In this document: in pieces, positions 1 to 8,427 of the stretch
Layout: every line of letters starts with the position of its first letter
Position numbering within the stretch: position 1 is the first letter of the stretch
Source: an uncultured Planctomycetia bacterium
Lineage (GTDB): Bacteria > Omnitrophota > Gorgyraeia > 2-02-FULL-51-18
Assembly: GCA_964492015.1 (NCBI GenBank)
Contig: CAZBIH010000001.1
Span: 1-38,060 of the forward strand
DNA length: 38,060 bases
Reading direction: 5' to 3'
Program-made: the position numbers and the translations under genes
The notes under the pieces: model-generated
What the model saw: only the letters and a program-made list of their open reading frames with translations
What the model was told of the DNA's origin: nothing
Database searches by the model: none

Positions 1-40
1 TTTTCTGGGTAGTTTTCTGGGTAGTTTTCTGGGTAGTTTT
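1..40. repeat. 12-nt tandem repeat TTTTCTGGGTAG, 3.3 copies, running into the left window edge
   Basis: Direct reading of positions 1-40. The repeat is in frame on the minus strand (ACT ACC CAG AAA) and encodes a (TTQK)n linker in the partial gene above. Confidence 0.9.
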
Positions 41-523
41 TGCGTTCATCTGCCCAGCACGGAAAAAGGTTACTTGAAATCCCGTTTTGATACTCTCAAA
101 CTCCACCCGCACGCCCGCGGCATTGCATTCTTCCTTAATACGGCGCAAACCTGATCCCCAGCGCTCGATATCTTTAGCCAGATAGAAAGCTTCTGCGATC
201 AACGGGTTTCTGGGATAGCTTTTTCCACGACCTGCGATAAACTCAGCCGGATCATGGTCGAAAGGAAACTGGCCTGGATTATAAATTTCAATCCTATCCC
301 GGTAAATGGCGATCTCATTGCTTTTGGGATTATAAAAATCCCGGTGACACAAGGAATTGATGATAGCTTCCTTCATGGCGCACACAGGAATTTCAGGGAT
401 CTCAATCCTCGTATTTCCGGAAAGGTCGGCGCGCCAATCAATGTGCTCCTTGACATAGACTTCGCACTGTTGGATCAAATCGAAAAGTGGCCCTTTAAAA
501 CTTTGAATATCCACAAATGTCAC
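1..523 (-). CDS. C-terminal portion of an AlbA_2/HATPase_c_4-family 'ATP-binding' putative transcriptional regulator. The 3' end lies left of the window and the 5' half (AlbA_2/Schlafen-type domain) is absent, so this may be a gene remnant.
   Basis: Absent from the ORF track because no stop codon falls inside the window. My minus-strand translation is open from 583 to 1: ..VQAAVFAGKDKVTFVDIQSFKGPLFDLIQQ..IPVCAMKEAIINSLCHRDFYNPKSNEIAIYRDRIEIYNPGQFP..SYPRNPLIAEAFYLAKDIERWGSGLRRIKEECNAAGVRVEFESIKTGFQVTFFRA..(TTQK)n. The NSLCHRDF, RIEIYNPG, RNPLIAEAF and ERWGSGLRR blocks are hallmarks of the HATPase_c_4 domain. There is an in-frame TGA at 584-586. The first possible start is GTG at 523-521. Confidence 0.6.
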   Translation of the reverse strand, partial: MTFVDIQSFKGPLFDLIQQCEVYVKEHIDWRADLSGNTRIEIPEIPVCAMKEAIINSLCHRDFYNPKSNEIAIYRDRIEIYNPGQFPFDHDPAEFIAGRGKSYPRNPLIAEAFYLAKDIERWGSGLRRIKEECNAAGVRVEFESIKTGFQVTFFRAGQMNAKTTQKTTQKTTQK

Positions 524-624
524 TTTATCTTTTCCGGCAAAGACCGCCGCCTGAACTTCAACACTGCCGGTAGTCCAGATCTTTCAAGTATTTGGACTGT
601 CCTTAATGTCCGTTTTTAAATGAG

Positions 625-1899
625 TTACGGAGTTTTTTGACACGATAAAACAGCCGCCTGCGCGCCCAAAACAATTTCCGGGTTCGGTAGAGGGATAATA
701 AAGTCACCCTTAAAACCATTCTGTCTCAGCCTGGGCATTAATTCTGAGGCGATGTGCCAGGAAAAAATCAGGGCATAGTCCGGCTGCGTCTCATAAAGCC
801 CTTTCTCATCCAGAATCGGGATCATTTTTCCGGGAATATAATTGCCAATTTTATGCGAGCCTGAGATCTCGTAGACACAATCGAGCATCGTCTCGTCGAG
901 TCCTGTGTAATTAATCAGAGTGCTCGCGCGTGAAGGGGCGCTAATCCCGGCAATGCTCTTGCCCTGATTTTTTAAGTCCCGGAGCATCGCGATTAGATCC
1001 AGCTTGCTCTGGCCGACTTTCTTTCTGAAGTCATCCAAATATTCCTGCTTTAAAACCGTCTTTTTTTCCGCCTCCAAAATAGCGGAAACGCTGGATTGTA
1101 CCGGATAAAGGCCTTTGGCGGCCGCGTACACGCGAATAGAGCCTCCGTGAGTGGGTATTCCCCTGGCGTGAATTACCTCAAGGCCATGCCGTTCAAGGAG
1201 ATATTTAAGGCTATGAAGCGAATAATATCTCATGTGCTCATGGTAAATCGTGTCGTACTGCAGCGTGGCCAGAAGGTCTCCTAGGTAATGAGACTCCGAC
1301 ACAAACAATCCGTCCGGCGTCAGCAGTTGCTTGATCGATTCGATGATTCCGTGAATATCGTCCATATGAGCAAAGACGTTGGTCGCTGTCACTGTTTTGG
1401 CGTGCCCTTTTTCCTGCAATATTTTTTGAACCACAGAAGCATTGAAGTAGGAAATGATCGTGGGGATCCCTCGTTGGATGGCCAATTTGCCGATCTCTTC
1501 CGGGGTCACTCCCAGCACCTGATGATGGTCTTTGAAATTGCTGAGCAGGTTCCCGTCGTTGGAACCGATGTCCACGATCAAGTCCTTTTGGGCCATCGGA
1601 TAAAAGCGCTGGACCTCCAGATTCAATTCCGCAAAATTTTCACGCAAAATACGCGTGGTGCTGCTGGTATAGGGATACTCCGGAGGAAAAAGAACAGTGG
1701 CGTCCACGATCAGCCCCAGCTGAGCCAGAGAGCACGCCGGACAAACCAAGAGCTCCGCTGGAAACCCAAGCTCCTCACCGGCCGGCTGCCCGATCTTTCT
1801 CATTTTATTGACCGGCGGCAGGAAGCCCAGGAAAATAACCGATTTAAGATCTTTGGATCCACAGATCTGACACAAAGTAACCACGCGACTCATCGCCAT
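625..1899 (-). CDS. SAM-dependent NDP-sugar C-methyltransferase-like protein (TylC3/NovU-type architecture: Zn-ribbon, class I SAM fold, C-terminal C-methyltransferase domain)
   Basis: 424-aa ORF. It has an N-terminal CxxC...CxxC pair (CQICGS, CPACS), SAM motif I LIVDIGSNDGNLL, and the TNVFAHMDD and YDTIYHEHMRYYS blocks typical of this family. There is a 3-nt gap to the upstream gene. Confidence 0.75.
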   Translation of the reverse strand: MAMSRVVTLCQICGSKDLKSVIFLGFLPPVNKMRKIGQPAGEELGFPAELLVCPACSLAQLGLIVDATVLFPPEYPYTSSTTRILRENFAELNLEVQRFYPMAQKDLIVDIGSNDGNLLSNFKDHHQVLGVTPEEIGKLAIQRGIPTIISYFNASVVQKILQEKGHAKTVTATNVFAHMDDIHGIIESIKQLLTPDGLFVSESHYLGDLLATLQYDTIYHEHMRYYSLHSLKYLLERHGLEVIHARGIPTHGGSIRVYAAAKGLYPVQSSVSAILEAEKKTVLKQEYLDDFRKKVGQSKLDLIAMLRDLKNQGKSIAGISAPSRASTLINYTGLDETMLDCVYEISGSHKIGNYIPGKMIPILDEKGLYETQPDYALIFSWHIASELMPRLRQNGFKGDFIIPLPNPEIVLGAQAAVLSCQKTP

Positions 1900-1902
1900 A
1901 AC

Positions 1903-2883
1903 CTATGGATTCCTCTCATTTTTTAACGGCTCATGGTCGATATACCAAGGCACGGTTTTTTTAAGTCCCTCAACCAGCGAGTACTGTTCCCCAAATCCAA
2001 GACTTCGCAATTTTCCGGTATCAGGACACCGGCGCGAAGGACTCCCCTCCAGCAGCTTCCCTGGCACAATATTGAGCTCAAGTTTAAAAAAATGCGCGAT
2101 ATGCCTGGCTACATCGGCGATCGTAGTTTCTTGGGTGGTTCCGATATTATATATTCCCAGGGGCTCTCCTTTTTCCATGATCAGCATCAACCCGGCGACA
2201 AAATCATCAATAAAAGTGAATGAGCGGGTTTCCTCCCCACTGCCCTGGATGGGAAAATCAAGGGTCGTTCCAGCCGCTTTCGCCAGCTCCTTGAAACGCC
2301 TGACAAATTGAGGGATCACATGCTCCCAACCCATCTGAGGCCCATAAACGTTGTGCGGCCGAAAAATGATCACCCGGTCCATCTTTTTTTTGGCGCAGTG
2401 GATAGCCAGCATCTCACTGATGATTTTTCCGCCCCCATAAGAATACCGCGGATTCATGGGATCCGGAATGATCAGAGGGACATTTTCAGGTGTCGGATAA
2501 ACTGCGGGTACCTGGTAAACCTCAGAACTTGAGGCCAGGAAGAGCTCTCTTACGTTGTGCCGGGAACAGGCATCCAGAACATTCAGCATGCCTTTGACTC
2601 CCACCTCAAGGACCAGGTCAGGATGAGAATAAAAATATTCGGTCCCGTTGACGTAAGCCAGATGAACAACCCCGTTCATTCCCTGGGCGGAATCGATGAC
2701 CGCCTGCGAATCCCGGATGTCCGCGTGGACGATCTCGCAGTTCTTCTTGTTTGAAAAATCGTGCGTACCACGCGACGCGTTGTCCAAGATCCGGACGCTG
2801 TGCCCGAGCGCCAAAAGCCTGGTCACGACCGCAGCCCCAATAAAACCAAAACCTCCGGTAACCAAATATTTTTTAGGGCTCAT
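1903..2883 (-). CDS. NAD-dependent epimerase/dehydratase-family SDR (nucleotide-sugar 4-keto-forming dehydratase/decarboxylase or epimerase)
   Basis: The ORF track extends to 3009, but those 42 extra codons overlap the upstream GT2. The ATG at 2883 forms an ATGA overlap with that gene's stop and puts the Rossmann motif VTGGFGFIGAAV at the N-terminus. The catalytic signature is ASSSEVY ... YSYGGGK (S, YxxxK). Confidence 0.85.
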   Translation of the reverse strand: MSPKKYLVTGGFGFIGAAVVTRLLALGHSVRILDNASRGTHDFSNKKNCEIVHADIRDSQAVIDSAQGMNGVVHLAYVNGTEYFYSHPDLVLEVGVKGMLNVLDACSRHNVRELFLASSSEVYQVPAVYPTPENVPLIIPDPMNPRYSYGGGKIISEMLAIHCAKKKMDRVIIFRPHNVYGPQMGWEHVIPQFVRRFKELAKAAGTTLDFPIQGSGEETRSFTFIDDFVAGLMLIMEKGEPLGIYNIGTTQETTIADVARHIAHFFKLELNIVPGKLLEGSPSRRCPDTGKLRSLGFGEQYSLVEGLKKTVPWYIDHEPLKNERNP

Positions 2884-3683
2884 ACGTCCCCCGGATCGAT
2901 AGGAAAACCTTTGGGGACTCTGACGCGCACCGACAAATGATTGGCCGGACCTTTTTTTCTGAGTTCCCGGTAGCCCCAGAAAAACCATCTCAAATACTCT
3001 TTTGTCCACGAAGTGAGTTTAAAGGTGGATTTGCCGCCGTATAGACGGTCGATGGAAATGATGGGAACTTCTCCCAACTGCAAATTTTCCAGTTGGGCCT
3101 TGATGGCCATTTCAAAAGCAAACGCCCATCCCACGGGTTTGGCGTGAAACTGAAACCGGGGCCAGATGGATCTTCGGAATAATTTAATGCCCGTCGTCGC
3201 ATCCGACAACGCCGCTCCCGCCAGGAAACTAAAAAGAACATTGGCCAGGCGCGACAACGTACCGCCGATCCAGGAACCGCCCAGGCGCCTGCCCCCGTGC
3301 GCGTAACGCGTGCAACTGACCAGATCGCAGCCCTCTTCGATCAGCCCGATCATGTCTTCAATAGCCAGTACCGGCCCCACTTCATCGGCGGCAAAGATAA
3401 GAATAGCGTCACCCGCCGCGCGATCCACACCCGCCCTTAATGCGTTCAAAACTCCCACGCCCTTGTCGTTGTAAACGCTTCGCAATTCGGGGTACATTTT
3501 TTGAATGGCTTGAACCACGGGGACGCTGTCGTCATCGGGATGATCATAAATGACCAGGACTTCATGCGGAATTTCAACGACGGCTTTCAAAATTTTTAAT
3601 AAAATTTTAAGATTTACGCCTTCATTGCGCACCGGCAACAGGATCGATAATAGCCGGACCCGCTCAACCGCCGCCGTGGCCAT
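2880..3683 (-). CDS. GT2 glycosyltransferase, DPM1/polyprenyl-phosphate-sugar-synthase-like
   Basis: 267 aa. Motifs are LSILLPVRNEG, VIYDHPDDDS and ILIFAADEV (DxD-like), plus a C-terminal amphipathic WFFWGYRELRK. There is a 1-nt gap to the upstream DegT stop. Confidence 0.8.
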   Translation of the reverse strand: MATAAVERVRLLSILLPVRNEGVNLKILLKILKAVVEIPHEVLVIYDHPDDDSVPVVQAIQKMYPELRSVYNDKGVGVLNALRAGVDRAAGDAILIFAADEVGPVLAIEDMIGLIEEGCDLVSCTRYAHGGRRLGGSWIGGTLSRLANVLFSFLAGAALSDATTGIKLFRRSIWPRFQFHAKPVGWAFAFEMAIKAQLENLQLGEVPIISIDRLYGGKSTFKLTSWTKEYLRWFFWGYRELRKKGPANHLSVRVRVPKGFPIDPGDV

Positions 3684-3684
3684 T

Positions 3685-4779
3685 TTATTTTAAAAATCCT
3701 TTGATCGCCGAACAGACTTCGAGAATATTCTCGTCGGACAACGTAAATGCCGACGGCAGCCAAAACGCTTTTGGCATCAACTGGGTGCTTACCGGAAATG
3801 TATCGTCCGCGGCCAGATAAGGTTTTTGCCGATGCAGCGGGTGCCAGAACTTGCGGTAGCCGATCCCCTTGCCCGACAAATACTCACACAAAGGATCCCG
3901 CGCCTCCGAAAGCGCGTCGGTCCATTGCGGAATTTCACCCCCCGCCAAGTCAAAGGGCATTATTTTTATTCCCTTCAAACCCTGCAACTCTGAAGCGTAG
4001 ATCTCATAGATCCTTTTTTGTCTGTGGGTACGGGTTTTAAGCTCGGCAAGCTGGGCCAGTCCTATGGCGGCCTGAACATTGGTCAATTTTAAATTAAATC
4101 CGATCGAGCTATGAACATCGTCGCCGCCTGTCCCTCGCGCGGGCCGTCCCTGGTCCTTGATCTCTCGCAGGCGCACATGCAGCCGCTCATTGTTGGTGAC
4201 CACCATCCCCCCCTGTCCGGTCATCACCGTCTTGTTGGGAGAAAAAGAAAAACAACCCGCGTCTCCAAAAGACCCCAGGAATTTTCCCACGGATCTGGAC
4301 AAAAGAGCCTCGGCGGCATCCTCCACGACCCACAGGCTGTGTTCTTTGGCGAATTGTAAAATCGCTTTCATATCGGCGGACCGGCCGCTCACATGAACGG
4401 GCACGATGGCTTTCGTTTTTGGGGTTAATTTTTTCTTTATGGCGTCGAGCAAAATATTAAAAGTTTCAGGATCCACATCCACCAACACCGGCTTAGCTCC
4501 CGCCAGGATGACCGCATTGGCGGTGGCCGCAAATGTGACATCGGGGACTAAAACTTCATCGCCGGATCCAACCCCCAGCGCCGCAAGTGCCGCAAAGATA
4601 GCTGTCGTGCCGCTGGTCACCGCGACCGCGTACCGGACTCCCAAAAGACCGGCTATTTCTTTTTCAAATCGCTCCGTGTATTCCCCGTCATTGAGAAAAC
4701 CGGTCTTCAATACCTCCTGCACGAGGCCGGACTCCTCTCCGGTGACCTTGGGTTCCCACCAAACAATGCGGTCACGCAC
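3685..4779 (-). CDS. DegT/DnrJ/EryC1/StrS-family PLP-dependent sugar aminotransferase
   Basis: Motifs AVTSGTTAIFAAL, VVEDAAEAL and FSFSPNKTVMTGQGG (Schiff-base Lys). The ORF-track start at 4794 is TTG. The GTG at 4779 gives an 8-nt GTGCGTGA overlap with the upstream stop, a pattern repeated elsewhere in the cluster. Confidence 0.9.
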   Translation of the reverse strand: MRDRIVWWEPKVTGEESGLVQEVLKTGFLNDGEYTERFEKEIAGLLGVRYAVAVTSGTTAIFAALAALGVGSGDEVLVPDVTFAATANAVILAGAKPVLVDVDPETFNILLDAIKKKLTPKTKAIVPVHVSGRSADMKAILQFAKEHSLWVVEDAAEALLSRSVGKFLGSFGDAGCFSFSPNKTVMTGQGGMVVTNNERLHVRLREIKDQGRPARGTGGDDVHSSIGFNLKLTNVQAAIGLAQLAELKTRTHRQKRIYEIYASELQGLKGIKIMPFDLAGGEIPQWTDALSEARDPLCEYLSGKGIGYRKFWHPLHRQKPYLAADDTFPVSTQLMPKAFWLPSAFTLSDENILEVCSAIKGFLK

Positions 4780-5311
4780 GGGCAGGCCTCGCAAAAAATT
4801 CGTCCAGTGCTTTCACTTGGGATAAGACATTTTTTTTATTCCTGGGCTTTATCAGTTTGATCGGCGTTCCGGCATAAACAGACCATGGCCGGAAAGAAAA
4901 ATGGGCCGGCACAAAACTCAGCGCCCCGATCACCGTGCCTTCCGGGATGAGGTTGTCCGGCATCACGACGGAGTTGGCGCCCACCGCGCAATAATCGCCG
5001 ATCGTCACATCCCCGGTGATCGTAGTCGTTTTAAACGGCTTGATCCCCTCAGGCAGGATCACGGCGACATCATTGACAAAATCGTTGCTCGCGCACCAGA
5101 TCCTGACGCCGGCGGACAAACTGCAGTATTTACCCAGGCGAAAATGAAAGCGTTTTCCGCCCGCCACCGAGCAGCCGGTCGCGATGTGAGACCCTTTTCC
5201 GAGGATCACCTGCGTCGAAAAATAACAATAATCATCCACGATCACTCCGGGGGAAACGAGGAAGTGGCCGCGGTGACGGATCCTGATATTGGGCGAAAGA
5301 ATGGGCTTCAT
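4772..5311 (-). CDS. Left-handed beta-helix (hexapeptide-repeat) sugar acyl/acetyltransferase
   Basis: 179 aa with imperfect hexapeptide repeats (GKGSHIATGCSVAGG, VTIGDYCAVGANSVVMPD, IPEGTVIGALSFV). It starts directly after the upstream stop. N- versus O-acyl specificity cannot be told from sequence. Confidence 0.8.
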   Translation of the reverse strand: MKPILSPNIRIRHRGHFLVSPGVIVDDYCYFSTQVILGKGSHIATGCSVAGGKRFHFRLGKYCSLSAGVRIWCASNDFVNDVAVILPEGIKPFKTTTITGDVTIGDYCAVGANSVVMPDNLIPEGTVIGALSFVPAHFSFRPWSVYAGTPIKLIKPRNKKNVLSQVKALDEFFARPARA

Positions 5312-6505
5312 TTATTTGGGTAAAAAATTCCATATATCAATCACAGGCTTCTTGGTTTTTATTTTTTTATACGCCGCGTGCGGCACGCATAAGATCAGCA
5401 GGTCGCTTTGCTTGAGCGTTTGTTCCAAAGAGGTCAGATCCGGGTCCGTATTCACAAAAGGGTCGCTCGTCAACACCGCCTTGGATTGAAACTGCAGCAG
5501 TCTTTTAAGTTTATAGCTTAAAGAATCCCGGGTGTCGTCGATGTCCGCTTTAAAAGCCATCCCCAGAAGGCCGATGGTCATCCCGGCCAAATCGTATTTG
5601 GGCAGCAGATGGTCCACGATAAACTGCGGGAAACCCTCGTTGATCAGCATCGCGGCGTGTCCCAGGCTAAATTGGTTCCTGAAAAAAGCGGCCAATTGCA
5701 TCGTGTCCTTCAAAAGACACGGCCCGGCCGCCAATCCCGCGCCCGGGACATCTTTAGCCCGCGGATAATCTTTTTTCAATCCTTTCAGGACGTTGTAATA
5801 ATCCACGCCGGCGGATTTGGCGATCATGTAAAACTGGTTGGCGATCGCAAAATTGATGTACCGGTAGGCATTGCTGAATAATTTGGCGAACTCCGCTTCC
5901 ATGGGCTTTAAGCTGACGATGTCCGGCGTCAGTGTTTTGAAAAGCTTGGCCGCGGCCTTAGTCGACGCCGCATCGATACCGCTGACGATCTGAGGAATGG
6001 TGCTCAGTTCCTTGATCGCATACCCCTGGACGATCCTTTCCGGACAAAAAGAGATCTTGAGCCGCTTGCCTTTCGAACGCAGGTACTTGTCCAGCCACTG
6101 CGTCATGCCGGGATAAACGGTGGACCGCAACACCAAAAGCTGCCGGCTTGACAAATAAGGGAGCAGCGAATCCAAACAGCTTTGAATGTCCTGAAGGCAG
6201 GGATTCATGAATCGGTCTACGGGCGTTCCGATCGTGATGATCACCGAGTCGGCGTTGGCGATCTGTTCCGGAGAAGCGGTATAAGAAATTCGTCCGGATT
6301 TGAGGACTTCCTTCAGGATCGGCTCGGCCCCATATTCCATAAACGGCATCTCGCCCGCCTGGATCTGCCGCATCGCCTTCTCATTTTTATCGTAAATTAA
6401 AACGTCAAGGCCCCGATGAGCGAACATCAAAGAAAGCGGAAAGCCCACGTGGCCGGCGCCGCCAACAACGGCCAGATCGTAACGTTTTGATTTTTTGGCT
6501 TTCAT
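5312..6505 (-). CDS. Nucleotide-sugar dehydrogenase (UDP-glucose/GDP-mannose dehydrogenase family)
   Basis: 397 aa. It has an N-terminal NAD fold (DLAVVGGAGHVGFPLS), the catalytic Cys context GPCLLKD, and a C-terminal GMAFKADIDDTRDS nucleotide-sugar-binding block. ATGA overlap with the upstream Nudix stop. Confidence 0.85.
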   Translation of the reverse strand: MKAKKSKRYDLAVVGGAGHVGFPLSLMFAHRGLDVLIYDKNEKAMRQIQAGEMPFMEYGAEPILKEVLKSGRISYTASPEQIANADSVIITIGTPVDRFMNPCLQDIQSCLDSLLPYLSSRQLLVLRSTVYPGMTQWLDKYLRSKGKRLKISFCPERIVQGYAIKELSTIPQIVSGIDAASTKAAAKLFKTLTPDIVSLKPMEAEFAKLFSNAYRYINFAIANQFYMIAKSAGVDYYNVLKGLKKDYPRAKDVPGAGLAAGPCLLKDTMQLAAFFRNQFSLGHAAMLINEGFPQFIVDHLLPKYDLAGMTIGLLGMAFKADIDDTRDSLSYKLKRLLQFQSKAVLTSDPFVNTDPDLTSLEQTLKQSDLLILCVPHAAYKKIKTKKPVIDIWNFLPK

Positions 6506-7044
6506 ATCATCTCCTTTGACGGTATACGCCCGGACACAAGCGCCAGCGCCAGCAAAGAGACGTGCAGCGCGCTTGAAAATTCGCCGGTCTTTAGTTTCTG
6601 AGCCAGGTCCTTTTTAGAGCATAAACACATTTTTAAAGATTCCGCGAGATCGACGCCTCTGCCGGTCGGGACAGCACCGGCTGCGAAATAACAATGCATG
6701 CGGTTACCCAGCCTGCCGGTGTCCGGATACAAAACTCCCAGAAGTTCCATGCGGGGCGCTTCATAACCGGTTTCCTCGCGCAATTCCCGGACCGCCGCTT
6801 TTTCGGGAGACTCATTTAAATCCACGTGCCCGCTGGGAAATTCCAGCGTGACCTGCTCCACGGCGGGACGATACTGTTTCACTAAAATAATGTCTTGCTC
6901 TGTGGTTACCGCAAGAACCGCGACATAATCGGAGGTTTGAACGACATAGTATGGGTCCTGCGGACTGTCCGCGTACTGTTTGGCGATAAGCGACATCCAT
7001 CTGGATTCAAATACGGGCTCGGCAGTCAAAAGTTTATTTTTCAT
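6502..7044 (-). CDS. Nudix hydrolase (nucleoside-diphosphate-sugar pyrophosphatase-like)
   Basis: Nudix box GHVDLNESPEKAAVRELREETGYEA. The ORF-track start at 7143 is TTG and overlaps the upstream gene. The ATG at 7044 gives an ATGA overlap. Confidence 0.85.
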   Translation of the reverse strand: MKNKLLTAEPVFESRWMSLIAKQYADSPQDPYYVVQTSDYVAVLAVTTEQDIILVKQYRPAVEQVTLEFPSGHVDLNESPEKAAVRELREETGYEAPRMELLGVLYPDTGRLGNRMHCYFAAGAVPTGRGVDLAESLKMCLCSKKDLAQKLKTGEFSSALHVSLLALALVSGRIPSKEMI

Positions 7045-8339
7045 GCTATTTGGGGCCTTATTCGCTTTTGGATCAATTGATAAGTCATATACAGGCAAAT
7101 AGCCGAAAAAAGCAGCCTCGACAACCCGATCACCTTGCCCCAAGGCAGATACCGCGCCAGAATTTCGTGCAAACTCGGAAATTGATTAGCTCTTTCCAGC
7201 ATCAAAGGAGTAAAAAGCCCGAGATTTTGGCCTCTCGAATCCAAATTAAATAAAAATAATAAAAAGATCAAAGCCACGGAAAGCCAGGAGGGCCAAGGCG
7301 GCTTCCCGGCTGCCAAATAAATGTAAAACGGAAGCGTCCACATGAAATAATGCACCGAAACCATCGTCGTCGCGTAAACTGTCAACAGGAGGGCACACCA
7401 GACATTGGCGACAAGGGGAAGTGTGCTGCTCTCCTTTCTTGGAGATGTTTGTTTTTGCAATAAAATCACACTAACCCATAAAAAGACCATTCCTAAAATC
7501 AATTTTCCTACAACAGCCGAAAGAAGCGGAAAACTTAAAAAAATCCCTTTTAAGGCCTGACCTGAATAGGCGGGGCCCCAGTAAGCGTACACAGCATAAC
7601 CTTTTGAGTGCACATAGAGCGGCAAGAAAACTAGGATAAACGGGAGAATACATAATAGGGTATATTTCCAGCGGTCCCTCCACGTATCCCCCATCGCCAG
7701 AACAAAAGGCACAAGAAGCATAAAAGCAAAATTTTCTAACAATAAAATAGCTCCAAACGCCAGGCATGCGAGAGTTTTCCTGTCTTTCAGCAACGCGTAA
7801 ATTAGGGCCCACTCAAAAAAAGCCGTGTAAATGCGGTACTGGCCAAAAATATAGGTTGAATACAAGGCAACCGGATGAAAAAGCCAAAATAAAACCAGAA
7901 AGTTCCTCACTTTGGGCGAATCTGAAATGCGCCAGATCAACGCAAAGCAAAGAGCGTCGACGATCAGGTAAGGGAGCTTCATAAAAAAAACAAACCGCAA
8001 CCTTTCAACCAGTGAAAAAATTGACAAGTCAAAAGCGGTGGTAAGGGGGCTTAGATGATCCGTCAGAGAGGCGAGCTCCGGACATACGGGCAGAAAAACA
8101 AACTGTGAAAAAGCGGTCAGATACCCCACCAGCGGAGGATAATGGATAAAGCCATGCAAAGCCAGATCTTTAGCGAAGTAAGCGTACAGATCAAGTGTGT
8201 GCCTGGAATAAATGGCCGAAGGCAGGACGTTAATAAAATAAATGTCGCCCTGCAGCGCAATCGGCATCAGGAGCAACCGGATGGCCAACCCCACAACTCC
8301 TGCAATGATCATGGCTTGCCAGCCTTTAAAAATAGCCAT
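7041..8339 (-). CDS. Polytopic membrane protein, probable GT-C-fold glycosyltransferase (DUF2029/GT87-like)
   Basis: 432 aa, with more than 10 hydrophobic segments. An acidic residue sits in the first loop (ALQGDIYF), and HYPPLVGYL resembles the YPPL loop of lipid-carrier-dependent GT-C enzymes. The ATG at 8339 is preceded by GAGG. The function call is by resemblance only. Confidence 0.6.
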   Translation of the reverse strand: MAIFKGWQAMIIAGVVGLAIRLLLMPIALQGDIYFINVLPSAIYSRHTLDLYAYFAKDLALHGFIHYPPLVGYLTAFSQFVFLPVCPELASLTDHLSPLTTAFDLSIFSLVERLRFVFFMKLPYLIVDALCFALIWRISDSPKVRNFLVLFWLFHPVALYSTYIFGQYRIYTAFFEWALIYALLKDRKTLACLAFGAILLLENFAFMLLVPFVLAMGDTWRDRWKYTLLCILPFILVFLPLYVHSKGYAVYAYWGPAYSGQALKGIFLSFPLLSAVVGKLILGMVFLWVSVILLQKQTSPRKESSTLPLVANVWCALLLTVYATTMVSVHYFMWTLPFYIYLAAGKPPWPSWLSVALIFLLFLFNLDSRGQNLGLFTPLMLERANQFPSLHEILARYLPWGKVIGLSRLLFSAICLYMTYQLIQKRIRPQIA

Positions 8340-8393
8340 TGGCCTCGATCTGGGACAACATCAGATTTTCAGGTTTTGGCATAAGAGCCTTGG

Positions 8394-8422
8394 ATTTTAT
8401 CAGCCTGTTTAACGGGTGTCAA
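8394..8422 (-). promoter_or_regulatory. Sigma70-type promoter candidate: TTGACA - 17 nt - TAAAAT
   Basis: The minus strand reads TTGACA (8422-8417), a 17-nt spacer, then TAAAAT (8399-8394). It lies in the 88-nt gap between the ABC-exporter stop (8428) and the ATG at 8339. Confidence 0.5.
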
Positions 8423-8427
8423 CGCAT

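Noticed and set aside
1-40. Short tandem repeat as a CRISPR array or non-coding minisatellite
   Set aside because: The units are contiguous with no spacers, only 12 nt long, and lie in frame inside a coding region.
254-619. 121-aa plus-strand ORF at the left end
   Set aside because: The opposite strand in this interval encodes textbook HATPase_c_4 motifs in an open frame that runs off the window. The plus-strand product has no recognisable features.
8340-8393. 17-codon upstream ORF (MPKPENLMLSQIEANGYF) in the leader of the GT-C gene
   Set aside because: It has no RBS, it overlaps the main start out of frame, and it has no features of a leader peptide. It probably arises by chance.
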